A DNA stretch of 62,347 nucleotides, the filler included. It is 12 parts of 12 records of this genome, joined end to end, with 100 filler letters (N's around TTAATTAATTAA, not from the genome) between each part and the next. Parts side by side here need not be neighbours in the genome. Positions count along the whole stretch, not along the records: positions 18,225 to 24,213 come from SRR7504441_20680; positions 24,314 to 30,157 come from SRR7504441_20681; 10 more parts are not named here. One strand, 5' to 3'. Under the pieces are notes generated by a model. That model did no database searches, had not been told where the DNA came from, and worked only from the letters and a program-made list of their open reading frames with translations. Every line of letters starts with the position of its first letter. The first letter of the stretch is position 1. Below are positions 22,201 through 30,257 of this stretch, piece by piece. A program made the position numbers and the translations under genes.

Positions 22201-23992
22201 TCAAGCTGGATACACTTGTGCTTGGGAGCACACGGGTCACGGGGTGGTGACTTGGGCTTGGGCTTGACGTTTATATCCTGGTTCCTTTTCTCTCCAGTTT
22301 TCTTGTTGGTTGCCTTGGCTTTGACCGACCCATCAGCCTTGACGTCACGCTTGTCGTAGCTATATTCCCAACCGCCTTGGTCCTTCTCGGCCCTGCTGCC
22401 GTCCACGTCTTCCCCTCTATCAAACGCTTCGCGTAGCCTTTGGTTGGAAAGCACCTGTAATTCATGTAAAAGCATCGGAGTCTGGTGGTGAGGAGAGGAT
22501 TATCAACAAAATTGAATGGACCTGATAGGCCTCTGAGATCTTCTGAAACTCCTCAGCCGCCACTTCAGGATCAAACCCCGATTCTTGGACCTGAGCCGCC
22601 GCCTTAAATCCTCAGCTACCGTGCTACCAATCCCCAACCTTGTCAGGGTGATATTTAAGCGAGAGCCGATGGTACGCTCGTCGAATCTCAGCCAGCGACG
22701 CCCCCTTGGCCACCCCTAGAATCTCATAGTACTGCCGTTTGCCACGCTCAGCCTTGGCTTCCGTCGCCTTGGCAGCATTCACGGCGTCTGATAGTTTTCG
22801 TAGTGGCTTCCCATGCTGAGGGTCCACTGAGTGTGCTGAGGCCACGTCGGCTGCCGCCCGGGCTGTGGCATTGGCTTCTAGGTGCACCCAGCCCCTGTCG
22901 ATATGCGCCGCCGCAAGTTCCTTTGCGACGTCCCTGAACCCAAATCCTCCCACCATTTCCGCAGAAAGGAATCCAATGGCAGCCCCGCACCACTTGAGCG
23001 CCCGCTGGCTCATCCCTGCTTGCAACCTGTATGCAGTACACAGCGACCGGAGCACCTGGCGTCCGTCAGCACTAGGTGACGCTCATCGATAGTCAACCTC
23101 CGCTTTGTATGGCCCGTCGGATTCCTGCCTGAGGGCCCGGAGCAGCGAAATGGTCGCATCGCGCCAGTGTCTACCAGACATCTGGGCCCGTGCCGTCTCC
23201 ATCAGCGCCTGCCGCCACTGTAATGGCCAGCAACAGTAACGGTAACCTGAAGCGATCGGACGTACTTGTACTGGCGGCGGCAGCTGAGCTCCTCTGGGTT
23301 ATACAGCAGACAGCGCTTCAGCATTGCGGCCGCCATGTCGGCCGAGCCAACCGCCCTATACAGTGCATCGGCCAGCAGCGAGAGCGCCCGAGTGTTCTGA
23401 GGCTCCAGTGCTAATGCTCGGTTAGCATCATGCCGCACCCATGGAAAAGAATCCAGCGCGACCGCGCACTCGGCCCGCATCAGAAAGTGCCGCGGGGAGG
23501 CCCAGACCTAAACGAACAGGTCAGTTCCAGATGGCCGTTTCCTTACCTCCTTCAGCAGATCGGTCAGCACCTGGAACGCTTCGGCCGCCTTGCCAAGTTC
23601 CAACCGCCATCTCGCCGCCCGCTCGAGCGCCGCCGCCGAGTCGATCCGCTCCCGAAGCTGGCGCACCTTCGGTCCGTTAGTACCCTTTGGCTTCCTCGGC
23701 GCACCTTCGGGTTGTGCCCGTCGAGTGCTCGCGACGCGTTTCGGGCGGCCGCCAGGTCTCCCGTGAGCAGCAGCAACCGGGCGTGCAGGAAGCCAGCCTT
23801 GGGACCCTCTAGCCCCGCTTGCAGCCGGCTCGCCTCGAGGAGCAGCAGTGCGGAGCCGAATGAGCCGCCGCGAAGCTGGACGAGCGCCCGCTCGAAGTGG
23901 GTCTGGTTGCCGCCTGTGATCCCCAGCCCGGACCCCCACACCACCGGCAGCAGCAGCAGCAGCAGCGGTGCCCAGCACACCGCCGGCTCCAT
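19270..23992 (-). CDS. DNAJC3/P58IPK-like ER co-chaperone (signal peptide, TPRs, J domain) extended by LamG/concanavalin-like domains and a C-terminal beta-domain; many introns
   Basis: Signal peptide, TPR motif [22 protein letters not shown] domain YYEILGV...HPDK...[12 protein letters not shown]...FDRGED. A 39-nt intron near 22057-22095 joins it in frame to LamG motifs ([31 protein letters not shown]). 3' exon structure approximate. Confidence 0.75.
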
Positions 23993-24057
23993 ATGGTACA
24001 CCGCAAAACTCTAGTCCTGTTACGGTTGATTCTGATGATGAAGACGAAATCCCTGTA

Positions 24058-24136
24058 GATTTATATCGGCTTTTATATCTGTGCCTAGGATTTATATCGG
24101 CTTTTATATCTGTGCCAAGGATTTATATCGGCTTTT
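24058..24136 (+). repeat. 31-bp tandem repeat, ~2.5 copies
   Basis: GATTTATATCGGCTTTTATATCTGTGCC(T/A)AG starting at 24058, 24089 and 24120, just upstream of the DNAJC3-like ATG. Confidence 0.9.
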
Positions 24137-24634
24137 CTGGCAGCCTACGGTGCCGTTAGCCTGTTTTACATCTAAAAATAAGGCAACTTCCGGCACTCGG
24201 CATTTTTGATAGGNNNNNNNNNNNNNNNNNNNNNNNNNNNNNNNNNNNNNNNNNNNNTTAATTAATTAANNNNNNNNNNNNNNNNNNNNNNNNNNNNNNN
24301 NNNNNNNNNNNNNAGTGGTAGATTTGCCACTTTTGGATTAATCTAGATTGATCCAAGAACACACACAATAGTCCAAGACAGGTCAAATCATACTGTGTTG
24401 TAAGTCTGTTATGATTCATACAGTTCATGTAATAAGATCTATACCTAGTCACTGCAGTACCGATAGTCACTTCGCCGGCATGCTTGGAATACGTACTCGC
24501 ACGAGCATTGTGGTGTTAGTGCTTAGACAAGGCATGTATCTGGTCTTGAGCGACTGCAAAATCAGCACCAGTGCCACAGCAACCATTGCCTGCACACCCG
24601 ACCGAGTCGCGCGCCAGAATCCTATTCATGCCCC

Positions 24635-25799
24635 TCATCGCTGAATCCGGGCCGAGCCGCCCTGAGCAAATGCCTCAACCTCAGGGATGGTAGCCATCGT
24701 GGTGTCGCCCGGGTAGGTTGTCAGGAGCGCCCCGTGCGCCCAGCCCAGCCGGAGGGCCTGCTCGATATCCTCGCCGTTGAGCAGCCCGTAGAAGAAGCCC
24801 GAGGCGAACCCATCGCCACCACCCACGCGGTCATGCACACTCAGCTCGCATGTGGGTGCCTGGTACGTCTTACCCTCGGCCCAGCAGACCGCGCTCCATG
24901 AGTGCGAGTTGGTGTTGTGCACCTCGCGCAGCGTGGTCGCCACCACCTTGATGTTGGGGAACTGGGCGATCACGTTGTCAATCATTGCGAAGAAGGTCGA
25001 CGGGTCCAGTTTGGACTTCTTCGCGCCTTCCACCTCAGGACCCTTCACTCCGAGCCCCTTCTGGAGGTCCTCCTCGTTACCCACGATCACGTCGCAGTGG
25101 CTGGCGATCGCCCGCATCACCTCCTGTGCTTTGGCAATCCCGCCCTCCTGCCAAGGGCTCAATTCGTACCAAGCCCGACGCGAGTGCCTGAAGCTTCCAC
25201 AGCTTGGCGCGGTAGTTGAGGTCGAACGAAACGATTGCGCCGGCCTCTTTAGCCGCCTTCATCGCGTTGATGATCAGCTCGGGGGTAGTCTCGGACAGGG
25301 CCGAGAAGATGCCGCCCGAGTGGAACCAGCGGCATCCGCCGGCGAAGATCTGTTTCCAGTCAAAGTCGCCGTCCTTGAGCATCGCCCCAGCCTCGTTGCT
25401 CCTGTTGTACAGCACCACCGGCGCGCGCACGCCCTTGCCCTGGTCGCTGAGCACGGTGGCCATGTTGGGCCCGTTGACTCCATTGTGCTCGAACATTTTG
25501 TAGATCGGCTTGACACCCATCGCCCGAACCCGCTCGTTGATCAGGTTGCCGATCGGGTAGTCGACCATCGCGGTGCACACGGCGGTCTTGAGCCCGAAGC
25601 AGTCGGCCAGATTGGCCGAGCAGTTGAACTCACCCCCCGACACATGGATGTCCACCTTGGTGGCCTTGCGCCACGGGATGATCCCCGGGTCCAGCCGGTG
25701 CACCAGCGCCCCGAGCGAGCAAAAGTCCAGCTCGGCCGACGTGAGCATTTCCATCCCGTACCGCGTGGTGGTCCCCTCGAGTTTTTGCCGCTTCGCCAT
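24635..25799 (-). CDS. kdgK: PfkB-family sugar kinase, 2-keto-3-deoxygluconate kinase type
   Basis: Motifs GGEFN, SFDLNYR..LW, GNEED, ATTLR, DRVGGGDGFASG and PGD. One 40-nt GC-AG intron at 25148-25187 restores the frame. Confidence 0.85.
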
Positions 25800-25845
25800 G
25801 TTCCCCGCGCGATCGAGGCCGTTGTGGCTCGCGATCGTCCCAACA

Positions 25846-26575
25846 ATGTTGTCCCGCCTTCACAAGCTCGTCGCCCTGCTCTTCGCGCTGGTCAGCGCCG
25901 CGGTCCCCGCGTGGGCCAAGCAGGACAAATGCCGCGACTCCGACTTCGAAGCCCCGCACCACGAGTGGGACGCCTCCTGCGTGGCCCGGGTGACCTGCCC
26001 TTCGGCTGCCCCCGGCCGAGCGCTTGCCCGGCAGTTCCTCTCGCACATCGGTCTGGAGGACAAGGCTGGTGCTTTCTTCGCCAACGACATTGTGGGAAGC
26101 AGGCTCAAGGAGCTGAATGCCTCGGTCCGCCCTGGCTGGCCGGCCCCGGCTTGACCGGCTGGGCGGTAGGTCCTCGAGTCTATGAACATTAGCAAAACCA
26201 GCGACCAAGAGAACCTTCTCGAGAACATCGCCAGGCTCGAGCGCCACAACCCAGCCGCCACCGGGGTGCCCGCCCCACCGCCCGGCCCGACTCACCCTCC
26301 TTCAGGAGTCTGTGCTCTATCTGCCGTTGATGCTGCTGGGCGTGGGCACGTTTGTCTACATAATGTTTCTCAAGGTGCGACCGGCCCCGGCCGGCTGGCC
26401 GACCGGGCCTCAGGGGAGTGATTTTGAGCGGTCGATGCTCCGGAACCTGCGGCGGATCACAAAAAAGGCCAACGCGAGCCAGGCCGGCGGCATGATAGAC
26501 AAAGACGACTGGCTCAAGGGCACTGCTGCGGCCGCAGGCGGCAGCGGGGCCAGCCGCCGGCGCTCCCGCAAGTAG
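25846..26575 (+). CDS. Small type-I membrane protein: signal peptide, SAM domain, single TM helix, basic tail
   Basis: After removing 4 short GT-AG introns: MLSRLHKLVALLFALVSAAVPAWA / HEWDASCVARFLSHIGLEDKAGAFFANDIVGSRLKELNASVLESMNISKTSDQENLLENIARL / LYLPLMLLGVGTFVYIMFL / ...SRRRSRK. Confidence 0.7.
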
Positions 26576-26792
26576 CTGGCTAGGGATGGCCGAAGCTGCG
26601 GCCTAGACAGAGCGACACAGCTCAGGCGCCGAAACCAATTCGGGAAGCTTTAGTAGAGCGAATATGAAATCAATAAAGCTAACTTACCCACGTGAGAATC
26701 CACCAATGGCGCTGAATCCGGTCGTACGTCCGTATGCATATAATGTACTTACGAATTAGGTTTATATAAGTTGGCACCCCGCACCGTCGATG

Positions 26793-27743
26793 CTAAAACG
26801 TGCCTCCCTCTGCAGCCAACCAATGATCAGCAAGAACAGGCCGGGGGGCACCTTCGTCCGCCCCGCCATCGCCGTCCTCCTCCATATCTTCATCGTCGTC
26901 AAAGTACTCATTCACCTGCCCCGCCTCGCCCCAGCCATCCCACACCCGCAAAGCCTCGTTATTCCAGTCCAAAGCATCATCCGCCTCCGCCTCCGGCTCC
27001 ACCGGCTCGTCCGCGTCCGGCTCCTTCTCCCCCTCCGCGCCCTGCCCAGCCGTCGGCCCTATCCAGCCCGGTTCACCTTGGCCACTCCGCCGGTTTTCTC
27101 CTGCCCTTCCAGCCGCTTGAGCCTATTCTCCGGCGTCTCCTCGGCCTTGCGCTTAGCTGCCCCCAGGCCACTCACACCGGACAGTCCGGGCTGGGCACTG
27201 CCAGTCCGTTGGGCCGCGCTGGGCGGCTGGGTCGACTGGAGCTCGGCGGGGACCATCCCAGCCTCGAGCAGCGGGGCTGTCAATTTGTCTAGGCCTGCTT
27301 GGTCCCACCCTGGGCCGGCTCGGCCGCTCGACCGGCCGCTGGGCCACCTTGGGCGCCGCGGTAGTAGGGTAAGCTCCGCACCGCATCTTCGATAGCCCGT
27401 CGGGCTTCTATCAGCCTCTTATCAGTCTGGTCTTCCAGGGTGGCCAGGATCTCCAGTTTATGCTCGTTCGGCTGGCCGCCCCCGGCTCGGCCGCTGGCCC
27501 CGCCGCCCCGGGCACCGGGTACCGCGGGGGCGGCTCCGTGGCTCGGTTGATCGCAGCGCGCCCGCCCTCCTGCGCCGGGGCCGGCTGAGTGGCCGGGCTC
27601 GGGGGCGGGGCGCCTCGTCTATCATCTCGGCCTCCCGGGCGCGGAGCGCAGCCTGCCGCGGGTTCTGCCACACCCGATCGCTCGCCTGCCCCCGGCACCG
27701 ACCCTACCATCGCCCGGCCTCGGCCTCGCCCGCCGCCTCCCAT
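26793..27743 (-). CDS. RPC31: RNA polymerase III subunit RPC7/C31-like; ~8 introns
   Basis: N-terminal GRGRGR, PPPRYP, LPYY, VPAEL and acidic C-terminus with NEYFDDDED...GGTF. Spliced frame built with 5 GT and 3 GC donors. Confidence 0.7.
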
Positions 27744-27780
27744 CGCCTGAGCTTTTTTAACGGACTTTCATCCCGCCGTG

Positions 27781-28266
27781 ATGCTCCAGGCGCTGGCCGG
27801 TGCGCGGGGCTTGCCGGGAGGGCTCCGGCTGGGCACCGCGCGGTTGAGTCGGGCAGCTGGCGATTTCCGGCTGGGCGGCCGCGGCGAGGCCCGCCGGCGG
27901 CAGCCGGGGCGGCAGCCGGGGCGGTGGGCGCACCCCCGGCGCGGGACGGAGGAGGAGGTTGCGGTGTTCGTGAGGAATATTCCGAACCTGTTTGAGTGGA
28001 CCGACCTCAAGGACATGGCGCGGGAGCTGGCGCCCGATCTCGAGCCGCTGCACGCCAACGTGGCGCGGCACAAGGATGGGCGGTCGCGCGGGTTCGGAGT
28101 GGTCAAGTACGGCTCTCAGGACGAGGCGGAGCAGGCGGTCGAGATGCTCCATGGCCATTGGATCGACGGGCGGGAATTGAACGCGCGAGTGGACCTGACG
28201 CTGGTCGGGCATGGCAGAGATCATTGGGCCAAGAAGCAAAAAGGCGACAGTGATGACGATTCATGA
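27781..28266 (+). CDS. Single-RRM RNA-binding protein (Gbp2/hnRNP-M-type RRM) with Arg/Gly-rich N-terminus
   Basis: RNP2 VFVRNIP, WTDLKD, RNP1 GRSRGFGVVKY and AVEMLHG..IDGREL. Confidence 0.85.
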   Translation: MLQALAGARGLPGGLRLGTARLSRAAGDFRLGGRGEARRRQPGRQPGRWAHPRRGTEEEVAVFVRNIPNLFEWTDLKDMARELAPDLEPLHANVARHKDGRSRGFGVVKYGSQDEAEQAVEMLHGHWIDGRELNARVDLTLVGHGRDHWAKKQKGDSDDDS

Positions 28267-28517
28267 GGTTTCAATACAATCCCGGACGGCAGAAATGATG
28301 CGTATGTAGGTTTTAACTGCACGCACGACGTGTCTCGATCCGTAATAGCCAGCTCGTGTAGCGACTTTCAAACGCATTCAGTTGATAAAGACCTATTCTT
28401 ATTCCGTCCATTGTCTCTTATTATGTAGTACGCAGTATCGCCCGGTACCGGTATACCGGTGCACGCTGATCGGATGATTTTAATGAGCACTAGGTCTCTC
28501 TCGTGTGATTTTTAATA

Positions 28518-29903
28518 CTAGGTCGTCATCAAGCTAGAACTAGGGACCGGGCACGAAGGCGGCCCAACACTGCACAGGCCGTCGTGCCCCTGTACGGGCA
28601 GGGCACTCGGCGTGTAATTGCCCCGTGCCACGTTGTGCAGCTGAATGGTGATGCCATTGGGTGTCATGGCAAACAGTGTGAGCATTCCACTGGAATACGG
28701 GTGCCACGTGGTTGTGCCCGTGTGGTACTTGTACCCGAGGCGCTCAATGACGGGGATAATTTCGTCCAGCCTACGCCAGTTATGCGTAGACACCCCGTAG
28801 TGCATGTCCATGAACTGGTCCCATCCGCACACGTCGCTCGTGATGGCCTCGTCGTGCACTGCGTTCACTGTCGCCTCCAGCTCGGCCACTGTGAGCCGGC
28901 CGCTTGTGTTGGTCGCCGGGCGCTCGGTCAGCCACAGCTGCATGTAGTTCGGCCTGTTGCTCATATCCGAGAAATTGTACACGACAGACCTCACGTTCAC
29001 CTGCACGGCGTCGGCCGCGCCAGTCGCGCACAGCACGGGCGCGTCTCTCGGCCGGTCCAGCACCTGCTCGTAGTACAGCCGGTCGCGCGACAGGTCGGAG
29101 CTGTAGTGAGAGAGCCGGGCCGGGCGCGGGATGGGCTTGTTGTCCGGGCCGTAGGTGTCGTCGAGCCGCGGGAACACGTCGGCCGGCCCTTCGCCGCGGC
29201 GGAAGAGGAACCGTGGGGTAGGGGAGTGGTAGCGCCGCGCGGGCAGGAGCGTCTGGGCGCCACTCATGTACTCGAGCAGCATGTAGGAGCCAAAGGTTTT
29301 GTTTGCGACCTGCACGAGCAGCGAGTAGTACGTGCGGCCGTTCACGCCGTCCTGCCACTCGATGGGCAGCGTGTTGAACTGATCCGCGTCGGCGAACTCG
29401 CGGACAAAGGGGTCGAGATCGGCGACCCAGAGCCCCGTGCTGAAGTCCAGGAGGGCGTCGTAGCCGCCGGACGCAGCGGCCGCGCGCAGCTTGCGGGTCA
29501 CCTGGGCTTCGATCGCTTCCACCCCGCCCGCGCTGACGGCGCGAGGGGTCGGTCGCACGATGTGCGGCGCGCTTGCGTTGTAGCTGATCGTGTGCAGGCC
29601 GAACCCGCCGCCGTGGCTCCACGGCTGGCAGCTCCTGCACGGCGGGCAATCGGGGCAGAACAGCCCTGTGCGGCCCGCCTGGCCGCACGGGCAGAAGGTC
29701 TGGTTGAAGGGCTCGGGCATGGACGTGCAGTCCAAGCCGGCGTGGTCGTGGTACACCGGGAGGTGCGCTGTGAGCCACGACAGCGCGGCGGGCGCGTCCG
29801 ACACCAGGTGGGTGGCCTTGCCGATCCCGCTCGAATACATCTGGCAGGACGACAGAACGGCCATCATCGCCAGCAGCAGCGCAGTGCTGCTTGTCTCCAT
29901 CAT
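28518..29903 (-). CDS. Secreted protein with internally duplicated glyoxalase/VOC-like halves
   Basis: Hydrophobic N-terminus and paired motifs (KATHLVSD / RLSHYSSDL; YDALLDFSTGL / WDQFMDMHYGV; LFAMTPNGITIQL). Intronless. Fold assignment tentative. Confidence 0.55.
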   Translation of the reverse strand: MMETSSTALLLAMMAVLSSCQMYSSGIGKATHLVSDAPAALSWLTAHLPVYHDHAGLDCTSMPEPFNQTFCPCGQAGRTGLFCPDCPPCRSCQPWSHGGGFGLHTISYNASAPHIVRPTPRAVSAGGVEAIEAQVTRKLRAAAASGGYDALLDFSTGLWVADLDPFVREFADADQFNTLPIEWQDGVNGRTYYSLLVQVANKTFGSYMLLEYMSGAQTLLPARRYHSPTPRFLFRRGEGPADVFPRLDDTYGPDNKPIPRPARLSHYSSDLSRDRLYYEQVLDRPRDAPVLCATGAADAVQVNVRSVVYNFSDMSNRPNYMQLWLTERPATNTSGRLTVAELEATVNAVHDEAITSDVCGWDQFMDMHYGVSTHNWRRLDEIIPVIERLGYKYHTGTTTWHPYSSGMLTLFAMTPNGITIQLHNVARGNYTPSALPVQGHDGLCSVGPPSCPVPSSSLMTT

Positions 29904-30257
29904 CGCCTCGTCGTCTTCAGGCCCGCAGCAGGGGCTACAGCCCGAGCCGCGGCCGTTGATCAACGATCTGCTCGGGATTGCTTCTGGGCTATCCTCAAGG
30001 CATCACCGGGAGCTCGGGGTGCGAGGGGCTCCGCTTGCGCGTTTCTGTGCTCTTGCGCTAGGTGGTACCATTGCAGCGCCGTCTGCGTTTCCGGACCTCG
30101 TCCTTGGCTGCCATAATCCAAGTTCCCGGGGGGGGGGGGGTACGAGGCCGGAAACTTNNNNNNNNNNNNNNNNNNNNNNNNNNNNNNNNNNNNNNNNNNN
30201 NTTAATTAATTAANNNNNNNNNNNNNNNNNNNNNNNNNNNNNNNNNNNNNNNNNNNN

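Noticed and set aside
24058-24136. CRISPR-like array (31-bp unit)
   Set aside because: The units are contiguous with no unique spacers, there are no cas genes, and the context is eukaryotic.
28584-30116. Long antisense/alternative-frame ORFs (also 24852-26192, 16319-17653, 51260-52282, 40056-41183)
   Set aside because: These are shadow ORFs caused by high GC3 on or opposite real genes; they have no domain motifs.
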